A stretch of DNA of 64,000 bases from Minisyncoccota bacterium (GTDB lineage Bacteria; Patescibacteriota; Minisyncoccia; Phycocordibacterales; PALSA-1337), in contig JBAZRG010000002.1 in assembly GCA_041663145.1 (NCBI GenBank), positions 94,618 through 158,617 of the forward strand, read 5' to 3'. This document shows positions 28,868 through 41,879 of this stretch, piece after piece (positions within the stretch are counted from its first letter, which is position 1; each line of letters starts with the position of its first letter). The position numbers and the translations under genes were made by a program. The notes beneath the pieces are model-generated. The model saw only the letters and a program-made list of their open reading frames with translations. It was not told the DNA's origin and ran no database searches.

Positions 28868-29338
28868 ATGAATAAATACCCTCACTCTAAAGGTAAAGGT
28901 TTTACATTGATCGAGCTTCTCGTTGTCATAGCTATTATCGGCATCCTGGCATCGGTGGTATTGGTCAGTTTGGGAGCGGCAAAGGGCAAAGCTGCCGATG
29001 TAAAGATAATCTCTGACATAAAACAGATCCGAAGCGAGCTCGAGAGCAACTTTGATGGCTCGTCATATCCAGATCTTACAAACGACAGTCCCGTATATAC
29101 CGGTTTTGTAGCAGATGGAAATCCTGGTACTACAACCATAAATGCTTTGATTAGCGATATGAATTCTCAAGGCAGTGAAATAGTCGTTGTAAATGCGCCA
29201 TCAGATCCTTCGACATTCGTAACCGGTTACGCTCTATATGGAAGATTGGTATCGAGCAGTACTATGTATGTCTGCATGGATTCGACTGGCAAGACAAATC
29301 TGGAAGCATCCGATAACACAACATCGGTCTGCCCATAG
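28868..29338 (+). CDS. type IV pilin-like protein
   Basis: An internal start gives MNKYPHSKGKGFTLIELLVVIAIIGILASVVLVSLG. Confidence 0.7.
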   Translation: MNKYPHSKGKGFTLIELLVVIAIIGILASVVLVSLGAAKGKAADVKIISDIKQIRSELESNFDGSSYPDLTNDSPVYTGFVADGNPGTTTINALISDMNSQGSEIVVVNAPSDPSTFVTGYALYGRLVSSSTMYVCMDSTGKTNLEASDNTTSVCP

Positions 29339-29364
29339 AGAATTATAAGTGATATAATTTCACC

Positions 29365-29841
29365 ATGTCTAATAAAAATCTAAAGAATAAGGGTTTTACA
29401 TTGGTTGAGCTCATGGTAGTCGTGGTGATCATCGGTATATTGTCTGCTGTTGTCTTGGCAAACTTGAGTTCGGTCAAGTCAAAGTCCAGAGATGCAAAAA
29501 GGATTGCCGATGTCGGACAGATACAGTTGGCATTGGAGCAATATTTCGGAAGATGTCATGAATATCCAGGGGCACTTTCTGTGGGGTCATCTTGTTCCGA
29601 TCAAAGCGGAAATACTGTGAGTTTGTCGGATTTTATTTCTGTGATACCTACACCATCTTCACAGGCTGGTCAAAATAATTATCAGTATACGACAAAACAG
29701 TCTGGTCTGGATTATTATATTATGGCCACACTCGAAAATGACAATGAGGTCTTAACGGAAAGCCTTCCTTATGATTCGGTGGAATACCCAGATTGTTACG
29801 GTTCCTCGTATCCAAAAAATTATTGCGTAGGTCCTAGGTAG
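29365..29841 (+). CDS. type IV pilin-like protein
   Basis: MSNKNLKNKGFTLVELMVVVVIIGILSAVVLANL is a class III signal. Confidence 0.7.
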   Translation: MSNKNLKNKGFTLVELMVVVVIIGILSAVVLANLSSVKSKSRDAKRIADVGQIQLALEQYFGRCHEYPGALSVGSSCSDQSGNTVSLSDFISVIPTPSSQAGQNNYQYTTKQSGLDYYIMATLENDNEVLTESLPYDSVEYPDCYGSSYPKNYCVGPR

Positions 29842-29873
29842 ATTGTGTCGATGGGAATTTCCGAATAAGTAAC

Positions 29874-30677
29874 GTGGATACATTATCTCTCATACTTTCA
29901 TTTATATTCGGTACCATAGTCGGTAGCTTCTTGAATGTGGTGTCTTTGCGATTAAATACTGGAAATACAGTGGGCGGTCGGTCAAAGTGCATGTCTTGCG
30001 GTAAACAATTGATATGGTTCGAACTTATACCTATATTGTCATTTTTTGTCCAAAATGGCTCGTGTCGAAAATGTAAAAGTAAAATATCATGGCAATATCC
30101 ATTGGTAGAATTTTTCGGCGGGGCAATATTTGTACTTATTTTCCTAACATTTCCGCCGGTATCACTAGAGACTGGATTACAAACTTTACTTTATATAATA
30201 ACAACATGTCTCCTCATAGTGATTGCGACTTACGATATCAAACACAAGATCATTCCTGATCCATTCGTATATACTTTTGCCCTTATAGCATTGTTGAGTC
30301 AGATATTTGGAGGAGCTTCCTGGATACATATACCGAGCGTATCGACATTGTTGGCTGGACCTTTATTGGCATTGCCTTTTGCTTTGATCTGGCTCATCTC
30401 GAAGGGAACATGGATGGGTCTAGGAGATGCCAAGCTGGTATTGGGGATCGGCTGGTTGCTCGGTCTTTATTCTGGGGTAAATGCTATCGTTCTGGCTTTT
30501 TGGATTGCGGCCGCAGTTTCGGTGATATGGCTCATTCTCACATCCAAAGAGTTCAAGGCCAAAACCGAAGTGCCTTTTGGCCCATATCTCATCATTGGTA
30601 TGTATTTGGTCCTGTTTTTTGAGGTGTCTGTTATCGATATTCACATACTTAGGGATCTTGTGCTGTCGTATATTTGA
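29874..30677 (+). CDS. pilD: prepilin peptidase PilD (A24 family) with N-terminal zinc-binding CxxC...CxxC
   Basis: The DiS_P_DiS region is IVGSFLNVVSLRL...CMSCG...CRKCK. The peptidase_A24 TM core carries the catalytic Asp residues (ATYDIKHKIIPD and GLGDAKL). Confidence 0.85.
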   Translation: MDTLSLILSFIFGTIVGSFLNVVSLRLNTGNTVGGRSKCMSCGKQLIWFELIPILSFFVQNGSCRKCKSKISWQYPLVEFFGGAIFVLIFLTFPPVSLETGLQTLLYIITTCLLIVIATYDIKHKIIPDPFVYTFALIALLSQIFGGASWIHIPSVSTLLAGPLLALPFALIWLISKGTWMGLGDAKLVLGIGWLLGLYSGVNAIVLAFWIAAAVSVIWLILTSKEFKAKTEVPFGPYLIIGMYLVLFFEVSVIDIHILRDLVLSYI

Positions 30678-30701
30678 GTCAAAGGAGATATAATATAACA
30701 A

Positions 30702-31304
30702 ATGAGATCTTCACGAATCCAAAAAGGCTTCACATTGATCGAGCTCATGGTCACCGTGGGGATATTTGTCTTCATGACGGCGCTTCTTCTCGCAAAATAT
30801 AACAATTTCAATTCAGGGACTCTACTCACAAATCTAGCCTATGATGTGGCTTTGACTTTACGTCAAGCTCAGACATACGGTCTAAGTGTGGTCAATAGTC
30901 AACAGTCAGGAGCAAATTTTAGTAAGGCTTATGGAGTATATTTCGTAGATGAATCCGCAGAATATACTTTTTTTGTCGATTTTAATACAAAGGCATTTAA
31001 TACTGAGGGGATATTGAATGATACCAATGACGCAATCGAATCTATAAGCAAATATACTTTGAAACGAGGAGCGACTGTCACTGGACTTTGCGCGGTAAAC
31101 GATACAATCTGTTCGTCTTCGGATTTCAATAAGACTCATTTGGGCATCACTTTCAAAAGACCAGATCCAGATGCCATCATCAAAGCCAGTACAGATGGTT
31201 CCAATTGGGATACATACAACCATGCGGAAATAAGAGTTTCCCAAAACGGCGTTCATCGTATAATAAAGGTCAATAGTTATGGTCAGATCGGTATTCAAGA
31301 TTAA
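30702..31304 (+). CDS. minor pilin / pseudopilin (GspH/FimT-like)
   Basis: MRSSRIQKGFTLIELMVTVGIFVFMTALLL. Confidence 0.6.
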   Translation: MRSSRIQKGFTLIELMVTVGIFVFMTALLLAKYNNFNSGTLLTNLAYDVALTLRQAQTYGLSVVNSQQSGANFSKAYGVYFVDESAEYTFFVDFNTKAFNTEGILNDTNDAIESISKYTLKRGATVTGLCAVNDTICSSSDFNKTHLGITFKRPDPDAIIKASTDGSNWDTYNHAEIRVSQNGVHRIIKVNSYGQIGIQD

Positions 31305-31306
31305 TC

Positions 31307-31921
31307 ATGAAAATAAATAATACACAACGTGGATTTACAATGCTCGAGATGATAGTCTCACTCGGAATATTCACCGTGGTTGCTGTGATTGCTGTTGGTA
31401 CTCTAGTTAAGATTGTAGGCCTCAATCGTCAGGCTCAGACCTTGCAGTCATCGATGAACAATCTAAGTTTTGCTTTGGAGTCTTTGTCTCGAGAGATTCG
31501 AATGGGTACTTCGTTTTATTGTAGTAGCGATCTCGATGTGGATGTTTCAAGTTTTAGCCCGCGAGGATGTTCCGGAAGTAATGGAAGACTGCTGGCTTTT
31601 CGTTCATCGAAGACTGCTCCAGATGGTGGTAGTTCTGTATGCAATCTCATTTATTCATACAGGGTTGTGCAAGTTTCGTCTGATCCTCTACTTTTCAAAC
31701 TGGAAAAAGCCAAACAAAGTGATTGTGGTGACACACTAACCTACCACTCGATCCTTGATGAAAACAATATCTTTCTAACTGATGGCAATTTCAATGTCTA
31801 TAAGGGTGCTGGAGGATATTCTTGGGCAGACATAAGATTTCGTGGTTATTCAGGAAATCGTGAGAATGAATTGAACTATTTCAATGTTCAGACCAGCGTC
31901 TCTCAGCGTATGGCAGATTGA
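31307..31921 (+). CDS. minor pilin (PilW/GspJ-like)
   Basis: MKINNTQRGFTMLEMIVSLGIFTVVAVIAV. Confidence 0.6.
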   Translation: MKINNTQRGFTMLEMIVSLGIFTVVAVIAVGTLVKIVGLNRQAQTLQSSMNNLSFALESLSREIRMGTSFYCSSDLDVDVSSFSPRGCSGSNGRLLAFRSSKTAPDGGSSVCNLIYSYRVVQVSSDPLLFKLEKAKQSDCGDTLTYHSILDENNIFLTDGNFNVYKGAGGYSWADIRFRGYSGNRENELNYFNVQTSVSQRMAD

Positions 31922-31943
31922 GATAAAGTAGCATGAAAAAGAT

Positions 31944-32486
31944 ATGAAAAAAATCAGACAAAATAAATTCAATAATGGTTTCACTCTAGTCGAGACATTG
32001 GTGGCGATCACTGTCCTCATGATAGCTATCGCCGGACCGCTTACGGTTGCCAGTAAGGCTTATCATGCGGCTCAAGATGCTCGCAATCTGACCATTGCCG
32101 TTAATCTGGCTCAGGATGCGGTCGAATATATAAATGTTTTGAAAGAAAATTATGGTTTTAGCGGTTATATCGATGCTACGTGTAATGCGTGGAGTATTTG
32201 TGGTGTAAGCGCTATGCAGGACAGTAGTCCTTTGGATAGTGATGTAACCGGTAATGTCAAAGTTTGTTCAGAAATGAACGATTGCGATATTACATACAAT
32301 CCGACTGATGGATATACTCATAAGACAGGAGGAGAGGAATATAAAGAGACTCCTTTTAAGAGAGTGATACGTTATGAGGTTGTGAGTGATGGAATTCGAA
32401 GGATTGCCGTAGATGTTAGTTGGCAGACAGGATCAGTGCCAAATAGTTATAGTTTGACATACATAATGTCCGATAAAAAACGCTAA
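31944..32486 (+). CDS. minor pilin (PilV/GspI-like)
   Basis: NNGFTLVETLVAITVLMIAIAGPL. Confidence 0.6.
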   Translation: MKKIRQNKFNNGFTLVETLVAITVLMIAIAGPLTVASKAYHAAQDARNLTIAVNLAQDAVEYINVLKENYGFSGYIDATCNAWSICGVSAMQDSSPLDSDVTGNVKVCSEMNDCDITYNPTDGYTHKTGGEEYKETPFKRVIRYEVVSDGIRRIAVDVSWQTGSVPNSYSLTYIMSDKKR

Positions 32487-35180
<2,694 letters not shown>

Positions 35181-35182
<2 letters not shown>

Positions 35183-35332
35183 GCTCGGTGAATATTGTTC
35201 CTCAACGACTCGCAATGCGATTTGAACCCCGAACAAATTGCCCGTATATCAGTAGTTCCATCTGCTGATATACGGTTGCAATTTGGAGTGGGTGACCTTG
35301 CGAGGAGTTGAGGAACAATATTCACCGAGCTC
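35181..35332. repeat. structured palindromic element, family A copy 1 (152 nt)
   Basis: 26-bp perfect terminal inverted repeat (GAGCTCGGTGAATATTGTTCCTCAAC) plus an inner hairpin (CGTATATCAG/CTGATATACG). It begins inside the ligA stop codon. Its core is identical to that of the element at 45288-45438. Confidence 0.65.
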
Positions 35333-35442
35333 TGATATATTATCTCGTATATAAATTCTCGGAAGACAAATTAGGATATGGTGAGGAGGGGGTCCTAAAT
35401 CATTACTCGCCGTGTTTATGAGCATATGCTATTATCCACATT

Positions 35443-35745
35443 ATGATTACGATCAAGGAATTGGAACATCTATCCAAACTGGCTCGGATTAAACTCAATG
35501 AAAGTGATATGAAAGCACTCATTTCGGAGTTTGATTCGATCTTGACCTACGTCGACAAACTAAAGAAGGTAAAAGTCAGTCTCGATGCCGAAGAACGCGT
35601 GGGAGTTGTAAAAAATGTCTTTCGAAATGATAAGGTGGAAATGACAAGCGCAAGAGACAGGGAATCATTGTTAAATGAAGCACCAGACCGGGAAGGTGAC
35701 CTCATCGCCGTCCCAAAGATGATCGCTCAAGATGAAAAGATATGA
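35443..35745 (+). CDS. gatC: Asp/Glu-tRNA amidotransferase subunit C
   Basis: About 100 aa. It sits immediately upstream of gatA with overlapping stop and start, and has a GatC-like N-terminus (IKELEHLSKLARIKLNESD). Confidence 0.8.
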   Translation: MITIKELEHLSKLARIKLNESDMKALISEFDSILTYVDKLKKVKVSLDAEERVGVVKNVFRNDKVEMTSARDRESLLNEAPDREGDLIAVPKMIAQDEKI

Positions 35746-37181
35746 AAATCAACACCAAAGATCTGACTATAAGTGAAGTGAATCGACATTTGAAGAATGG
35801 AGATTTTAGTGCGGTTGAATTGGCTGAGGCTTATATGAAAATGATCAGTGAAAAGAATGGCGACATAAACGCATATCTCCAAACTTTCGATGATGCTTTG
35901 GAATCGGCAAAACAGGCGGATCTCGATATCAAATCTTCGAAATCTGGAATGTTGACGGGGATTCCTTGCGCGATTAAGGATAATATCCTATTCAAAGATC
36001 ACATAGCCAGTTCTTCTTCGAAGATACTCGAAAAATATCAGGCACCATATGATGCTACAGTCATGAAGAAACTCAGAAAAGAAGGAGTAGTCGTATTGGG
36101 TCGGACAAATATGGACGAGTTTGCCATGGGTGGATCGACGGAGAACTCGGCTTTTGGTGTTACGAAAAATCCTCTAGATACAAAGCGTGTGGCAGGCGGT
36201 TCATCGGGCGGTTCGGCAGCCGCCGTAGCTATGGATGGGGCATTGTTCGCTCTCGGCTCTGATACTGGTGGATCGATACGACAACCGGCTAGTTATTGTG
36301 GAGTCGTCGGACTAAAGCCGACATACGGAGCGGTTTCGCGATATGGACTCATGGCTATGGGTTCATCACTAGATCAGATCGGGCCGATCACAAAGACGGT
36401 GACTGATGCTCAAATAGTCTTTCGAGCGATTGCCGGTAAAGATGAAAAAGACGGTACTACCATTCCGGATGGTCTCTATTCAGTCAAGACTGTTAAAAAA
36501 AGCGGTAAATTGACTATTGGTATCCCAAGACACTTCATGACCGAAGGAGTCGATCCAGAAGTGTTGAAGATTTTTGATCAAAATATTGAGACCCTGAAAA
36601 ATAAAGGTTACGAGATAAAGGAAATCACTTTACCAAATATCGCACATTCGCTTTTGGTCTACTATATAGTCATGCCGGCTGAAGTTTCATCCAATATGGC
36701 GCGCTTTGACGGAGTCAAATACGGCTTGCGCGTAGACGGTAAAGATGGCATCGATGATTATTTCGAAACTAGACGAGCCGGTCTAGGTAAGGAAGTGATA
36801 CGAAGAATACTTCTCGGCACTTATGTGCTCTCATCGGGTTATTATGATGACTATTACAATCGGGCAAATGCCGTTCGCGCGATGATCACCGAAGATTTTC
36901 GCAAAGCTTTTGAAGATGTGGATCTGGTTGCCACACCGACGGCGCCAACGCCGGCTTTTAAGATAGGAGAGAAGACAAATGATCCTTTGTCTATGTATCT
37001 CGAGGATATATTTACAGTACCGGCAAATCTGACCGGACTTCCGGCTATCTCTGTTCCGGGTGGATCTGTATCCGTAGACGGAATGAAACTTCCAGTCGGA
37101 TTCCAATTGACCGCGAGACATGGCAGAGAGGATGATCTGTTCTTTGCCGGCAAGGATTTGCTCGGTGAAAATCAAAGTTGA
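35742..37181 (+). CDS. gatA: Asp/Glu-tRNA amidotransferase subunit A (amidase signature family)
   Basis: Amidase signature GGSSGGSAAAVA... with Ser-cisSer-Lys, and KDNI near the N-terminus. Size is 479 aa. Confidence 0.92.
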   Translation: MKINTKDLTISEVNRHLKNGDFSAVELAEAYMKMISEKNGDINAYLQTFDDALESAKQADLDIKSSKSGMLTGIPCAIKDNILFKDHIASSSSKILEKYQAPYDATVMKKLRKEGVVVLGRTNMDEFAMGGSTENSAFGVTKNPLDTKRVAGGSSGGSAAAVAMDGALFALGSDTGGSIRQPASYCGVVGLKPTYGAVSRYGLMAMGSSLDQIGPITKTVTDAQIVFRAIAGKDEKDGTTIPDGLYSVKTVKKSGKLTIGIPRHFMTEGVDPEVLKIFDQNIETLKNKGYEIKEITLPNIAHSLLVYYIVMPAEVSSNMARFDGVKYGLRVDGKDGIDDYFETRRAGLGKEVIRRILLGTYVLSSGYYDDYYNRANAVRAMITEDFRKAFEDVDLVATPTAPTPAFKIGEKTNDPLSMYLEDIFTVPANLTGLPAISVPGGSVSVDGMKLPVGFQLTARHGREDDLFFAGKDLLGENQS

Positions 37182-37200
37182 TTTGAGGTATAATATTGCA

Positions 37201-37776
37201 ATGGATTCCAATCTATTTCTTTTCAAAGACAATATCATCATCGAAACTCTTGTAAAAGCTTTTGATTTTATTCCAGCAATTATTCTGTTCTTCAAAAATG
37301 CTGGGGGATTCCTGATCGGGCTTTCTCTAGTGCTATCTCTATTTTTCTTGATCGGCATCATCTATTGCGTGGAAAGACTCAAAATTCTTCGTATCAAGGA
37401 AGAAGAGAAGTATGATCTCAAAGTTGAGCCTGCAATCGAAAAGGCAACACCGGGCGATATGGCACTGACGCGTCGTTGGGAAGAAGCCAAAAAACTCATC
37501 GGTTCGGCAAATGAGAATGACTGGAGACAGGCTATCATCAATTGCGACATAATTCTCGATGATCTTCTCGAGAAGATGGGCTATCGCGGAGAAAGTGTCG
37601 GTGAAAAACTAAAGCGTGTGGTAACAGGGGATATGAAATCACTTTCGGATGCCTGGGAAGCGCATAAGATCAGAAATCAGATCGCCCACGAATCGGGATT
37701 TGTTCTTGATCACCATATTGCCAAAAAAGTGTTTAGTCACTACAGGAAAGTGTTTGAAGAGTTTTATTATGTATAA
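37201..37776 (+). CDS. membrane-anchored hypothetical protein with HEPN-like motif (RNQIAH)
   Basis: Two N-terminal TM helices. The C-terminal domain ends ...WEAHKIRNQIAHESGF, matching R-x4-H. I trimmed the ORF to the ATG at 37201. Confidence 0.35.
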   Translation: MDSNLFLFKDNIIIETLVKAFDFIPAIILFFKNAGGFLIGLSLVLSLFFLIGIIYCVERLKILRIKEEEKYDLKVEPAIEKATPGDMALTRRWEEAKKLIGSANENDWRQAIINCDIILDDLLEKMGYRGESVGEKLKRVVTGDMKSLSDAWEAHKIRNQIAHESGFVLDHHIAKKVFSHYRKVFEEFYYV

Positions 37777-38275
37777 GTAATTTTTAGGAAAAATTAAAAC
37801 CCCGCCTATCGCTTGAAGCAACAGATGGGGTGTGTGAAAGTTTTCTTAATGTGACAAATTGTGTATAAGTCCGCTGACTAACACATTGCATCTGCGCAAC
37901 AGGGACAGCGTGCCTCGTCCAGTGACTTCTACGAGGCCGATCAGATAGGGTATAGTCGGTATGATCATACTCACCGATGACCACAAGAAGTTTTGTGGTT
38001 GACAGAGGCAAAGCACTAGCAGTGTGAATATGAAGCTTATTGGTACGAACAATACGAAATATCCGATTCGATCGGACATGTCGTAGATTTTTGTCCGTTC
38101 CTCAAACTTCTCTACGAATCGACTCTTCATTAGTCATCTTTCTCCTTGCTTTCAAGGTGAATTTCCAGTGTGAATACTAGCACGTTTTGTGTTTGTGTAT
38201 TTAAAGACCTAATAGTCAAAGAATGGATCAAAAAACCGCCCTTCGACTGTGCTCGGGGCGGTTGTGAATGAGACT

Positions 38276-38815
38276 TTAGAAGATAAAATCTTGAATTAAG
38301 CTCGTGATAATGACGGTCACACAAGCAATGTCCACTGCAAGCTCCTGGGGCTTTGGTTTTAGCGTCCCATGATCATGTCGGTATTCCCAGACGCCGATAA
38401 AGTCACTCAAGTGCTCGTTTCTCGACAGAGGCCACAAACAGGATTGATCGATGCTTCTGAATTTCCTGTTACAGTGAGTCATTCCATCTATTATAATGTG
38501 AATGCCTATCGCCGCAATGAGTGCGATGAAGTAGAAAATGATCCTTGGACTTTCTAGCGTCGTAGTGAAAAGAAAATAAAGAGTAAATATCCCAAAGACG
38601 AATACTGAGTGGGACATTTCTTTTAGGACCAGAGCGATGTGATTCTGCCGAGCGAGTGGCTGTCGTCCTCGTATCTTGTCGAGGAGGAATTGGGGCACCA
38701 TCACCATGTCCGGTAAAACCGAACCAATGGCGAAGGCACCTGCTATATCGTACCTGTTTGGGTACAAGAGTAACGATAAGCTCGTTCCGAGAACTAGGTG
38801 AGTATATGTCTGCAT
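38276..38815 (-). CDS. hypothetical polytopic membrane protein (possibly metal-dependent membrane hydrolase-like)
   Basis: 4-5 TM helices and several His/Asp residues (IIIDGMTHCN, HDHG). The family is not identified. Confidence 0.3.
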   Translation of the reverse strand: MQTYTHLVLGTSLSLLLYPNRYDIAGAFAIGSVLPDMVMVPQFLLDKIRGRQPLARQNHIALVLKEMSHSVFVFGIFTLYFLFTTTLESPRIIFYFIALIAAIGIHIIIDGMTHCNRKFRSIDQSCLWPLSRNEHLSDFIGVWEYRHDHGTLKPKPQELAVDIACVTVIITSLIQDFIF

Positions 38816-38891
38816 AAGACCTCCATATTTTGTCCCAAGTTATGTCAAATAAAACCAAGTCAATATTGGCATTAAAGTTAGAGTGTGTCAA

Positions 38892-38922
38892 CTTGTTGCA
38901 CAGGTAGGACGGGATTGGCATC
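38892..38922. repeat. 31-bp direct repeat, left copy (CTTGTTGCACAGGTAGGACGGGATTGGCATC)
   Basis: A second copy at 41880-41910 is identical over 27 of 31 bp. Together they flank the helicase/Zn-ribbon gene. Confidence 0.8.
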
Positions 38923-39087
38923 AAATAATGAAGGAAGTAAAAAGCATCTCTGAATTAGCCATAGAAGCAATAATAGCGAGCGTTGACGAATAACTTATTG
39001 TATGATAGGGTAATTTTGGCTTTCGGACTATATTTTTATTGATTTTTGACAGCCAAATATAGTAAACAGAAAACAAAAAGGAACGTG

Positions 39088-41757
39088 ATGATAACGCCAC
39101 ATGACTATCAGTGCAATCCGATTGTCATGATCGGTGAGGCACTGAAAGCTTCAAAAAAGGCTTTGGTTGTGATGGCGACTGGCACGGGTAAAACTGTTGT
39201 CGGCGCGTTCGCAATCAAAGAACCTTTGAAGCTGGGTCGAGGATTATTCCTCTGCCACAACAACCGTATCCTTGAACAATCCATGAAGCAATTCGCGGAA
39301 GTTCTCGGGCCGGAAGTGACCCTCGGGGTCTTCCATGGTGAGAAGAAACACTGGGACGAAGTAGATATCCTCTTTGCGTCCTTTCAGACCTTTGTGGACT
39401 GGAAGCATGCATTTTTCGAGGATGAATTCCGCTTCGTCATAGTTGACGAATCCCACCATAGTCAAGCAATTACATTCAAGGAGGTCATCGAATACTTCAA
39501 GCCGGCTGAGCTTTTGGCTCTCACGGCAACACCCGATCGAATGGATCAGAAAGACATCCGTGAGATCTTCGGGCAGGAAGTGGTGAATATAACTCTTGAA
39601 GAGGCGATCGGTAAAGGGTGGTTAGCTCAAGTTGAGTATCACCTTGTCACCGACAACCTCAATCATTGGGAACTGAAGAAGCTCGCTCGTGAAGTGCTGG
39701 AGGTGGGAAAGAAAATTTCCCTCAAACAGCTTAACGAAACGATCTTCATCAAGGCTCGTGATGAAAAAATTGCTGAAAAAATTCAAAGCTACGGGAAGAA
39801 AAAGACGATCGTCTTTTGCGAGAGCATAGTTCACGCAGAGAACTTTCAGAAGTTCCTTCCCCGATCCAAGGTCTACCACTCAAAAGTAAGCATTGGAAAA
39901 AATGAAGAAACCTTAAATGAGTTTCGCAGTGGCGAGTGCCAATGCATCCTAGTCGTTGATAAATTCAACGAAGGTCTCGACATTCCCGATGCCGAACTGA
40001 TTGTATTCCTCCGTTGCACCGACTCTAAAACAGTCTACCTGCAACAGCTCGGTCGTGGACTTCGCAAAACCCTGAATAAGGATAAAGTGATTGTTCTCGA
40101 CTTCGTCGGTAATACGGAACGTGTCATGATGATTCGTGAGATGATCGAAAAGGTTAAGTTCTTCACTATAAACTGGGCGGAGCTCGAAAGAAACCCGCTT
40201 CATGTCCAAGGTGACGGATTCGATTTCGTCTTCACGGATGAACTGATTGACTTGTTCAGTGTTCTCCAACGTCTGCAACTACGATACATCTCGGACGTTC
40301 CCGAACTCCTCGCGGAGTATTCGGATAAAAACGAACTGTTGCCAAGTGAGGTAGTTGCCGGAACGATGAGGAGGCTTTGGTGGGTATGCTCCAAGTGTGG
40401 GCATGAATGGCTCACCAGCGGTTCACACCGCCTTCGAGCCAAATCAGGTTGTCCAGCTTGCCTTAATAGAGCTGTCACCTCCAAAAACAACCTTGCCGTC
40501 ACGCATCCCGAGTTAGCTAAAGAATACTCTCCGCGGAATCTTCTGCCAGCGACGCAAATAATCGCTGGTTCGATGAAGAAACTGTGGTGGAAGTGTTCGA
40601 AGCCAGAATGTGGACATGAGTGGCAGGCAACCGGAAATGCTCGTCTAAGGGGCGGCAACATTGTTGGCTGTCCAGCATGTTGCAATAGGGTTGCAGGTGC
40701 CAAAAACAACCTTGCCGTCACGCATCCTGATCTGGCTAAAGAATATTCGCCACGGAATCCTCTGCCGGCTACAAGCTTTGTCGCTGGTACAAACAGGAAA
40801 CTGTGGTGGAAATGTCTGAAACCAGATTGTGGATATGAATGGCAGACAACTGGGGCAAATCGAGTGTCGGGAAAGGGTTGTCCAGCCTGTTGTAACAGAG
40901 CGGTAACCCCAAAGAACAACCTCGCTGTCACGCATCCAGATCTGGCTAAAGAATATTCGCCACGGAATCCTCTGCTGGCAAATCAAATCGTTGCTGGCTC
41001 GACGAAGAAACTATGGTGGAAATGCTTGAAACCAGAATGTGGACACGAGTGGCAAGCAACTGGGTTAAGCCGAGTGTCAGCAGGAACTGGCTGCCCAGCA
41101 TGCGCAGGTAACGTTGTCACTCCAAGAAACAACCTGACTGTCACCCATCCTGATCTGGTTAAAGAGTACTCACCGAAAAATCTGTTGCCCGCGACACAAG
41201 TTAATCCTGGGACAAACAGAAAGCTTTGGTGGAAGTGTTCAAAGCCGGAATGTGGACACGAGTGGCAAGCTTCATGTTACCATCGAACCAAGGGTGTTGG
41301 GTGCCCAGCTTGTGTAAACAAGGTCGTCACTACAAAAAACAACCTAACGGTTACGCATCCGGAATTGGCTAAGGAGTATTCACCAAAGAATTCGTTGCCA
41401 GCGACACAGGTCGTTGCGGGAACAAACAAAAAACTCTGGTGGAAGTGCTCAAAGCCAGAATGTGGGCACGAGTGGCACATCGAAGGAAGTGCTCGGGTTC
41501 AAGGTTATGGTTGTCCGGCGTGTGTAAACAAGGTCGTCACTACAAAAAACAACCTCGCTGTCACTCATCCGGAGTTGGCGAAAGAATATTCACCACGGAA
41601 TCCTCTGCCAGCAGATCGAATTATTGCCGGTTCAACGAAGAGGCTCTGGTGGGTTTGCTCCAAATGTGGGCATGAATGGCTTACAAGTGGTTCACACCGC
41701 GCTGTAAATAAATCGGGTTGTCCAAAGTGTTGCAATCGTGGGAGAAAAACTCCTTAA
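39088..41757 (+). CDS. SF2 DEAH-box helicase (type III restriction res-subunit-like) fused to seven tandem zinc-ribbon repeats
   Basis: The SD sequence AAGGAA lies 5 nt before the ATG at 39088. Helicase motifs are present: I (MATGTGKT), II (VDESHH), III (LTATP) and VI (QQLGRGLR). Seven repeats of about 53 aa follow, each with WW-x-C-x-K(PE)CGHEW...GCPAC. Confidence 0.8.
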   Translation: MITPHDYQCNPIVMIGEALKASKKALVVMATGTGKTVVGAFAIKEPLKLGRGLFLCHNNRILEQSMKQFAEVLGPEVTLGVFHGEKKHWDEVDILFASFQTFVDWKHAFFEDEFRFVIVDESHHSQAITFKEVIEYFKPAELLALTATPDRMDQKDIREIFGQEVVNITLEEAIGKGWLAQVEYHLVTDNLNHWELKKLAREVLEVGKKISLKQLNETIFIKARDEKIAEKIQSYGKKKTIVFCESIVHAENFQKFLPRSKVYHSKVSIGKNEETLNEFRSGECQCILVVDKFNEGLDIPDAELIVFLRCTDSKTVYLQQLGRGLRKTLNKDKVIVLDFVGNTERVMMIREMIEKVKFFTINWAELERNPLHVQGDGFDFVFTDELIDLFSVLQRLQLRYISDVPELLAEYSDKNELLPSEVVAGTMRRLWWVCSKCGHEWLTSGSHRLRAKSGCPACLNRAVTSKNNLAVTHPELAKEYSPRNLLPATQIIAGSMKKLWWKCSKPECGHEWQATGNARLRGGNIVGCPACCNRVAGAKNNLAVTHPDLAKEYSPRNPLPATSFVAGTNRKLWWKCLKPDCGYEWQTTGANRVSGKGCPACCNRAVTPKNNLAVTHPDLAKEYSPRNPLLANQIVAGSTKKLWWKCLKPECGHEWQATGLSRVSAGTGCPACAGNVVTPRNNLTVTHPDLVKEYSPKNLLPATQVNPGTNRKLWWKCSKPECGHEWQASCYHRTKGVGCPACVNKVVTTKNNLTVTHPELAKEYSPKNSLPATQVVAGTNKKLWWKCSKPECGHEWHIEGSARVQGYGCPACVNKVVTTKNNLAVTHPELAKEYSPRNPLPADRIIAGSTKRLWWVCSKCGHEWLTSGSHRAVNKSGCPKCCNRGRKTP
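40306..41745 (+). repeat. about 159-bp tandem coding repeats (7 units) encoding zinc-ribbon modules
   Basis: The repeats are near-identical at the nucleotide level (CTTGCCGTCACGCATCC.GA..TGGCTAAAGAATA.TC.CC.CGGAATC recurs). The first and last units resemble each other most closely. Confidence 0.8.
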
Positions 41758-41762
41758 TCACC

Positions 41763-41800
41763 CCGTAAGTTGACCTCAAGTCAGCTTACGGTTTTTTTGT
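41763..41800 (+). terminator. rho-independent terminator after the helicase gene
   Basis: CCGTAAGTTGAC...GTCAGCTTACGG hairpin followed by TTTTTTTGTTTG. Confidence 0.65.
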
Positions 41801-41879
41801 TTGTCATTGGAATCATAAAAATATCCCTTACCTTCAATGTAAAAGTGTTATTTTATGAGACGTGTCCTTCTTGTTGCAC

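Noticed and set aside
37784-38324. Several 60-94 aa minus-strand ORFs between the HEPN-like gene and the membrane protein
   Set aside because: They are short and mutually overlapping, with no motifs or RBS. They are probably non-coding.
40200-40986. Long minus-strand ORFs (243 aa and 113 aa) antisense to the helicase repeat region
   Set aside because: They are internally repetitive because they mirror the 159-bp coding repeats on the plus strand. They have no start or RBS context and no motif. The plus-strand gene explains the region.
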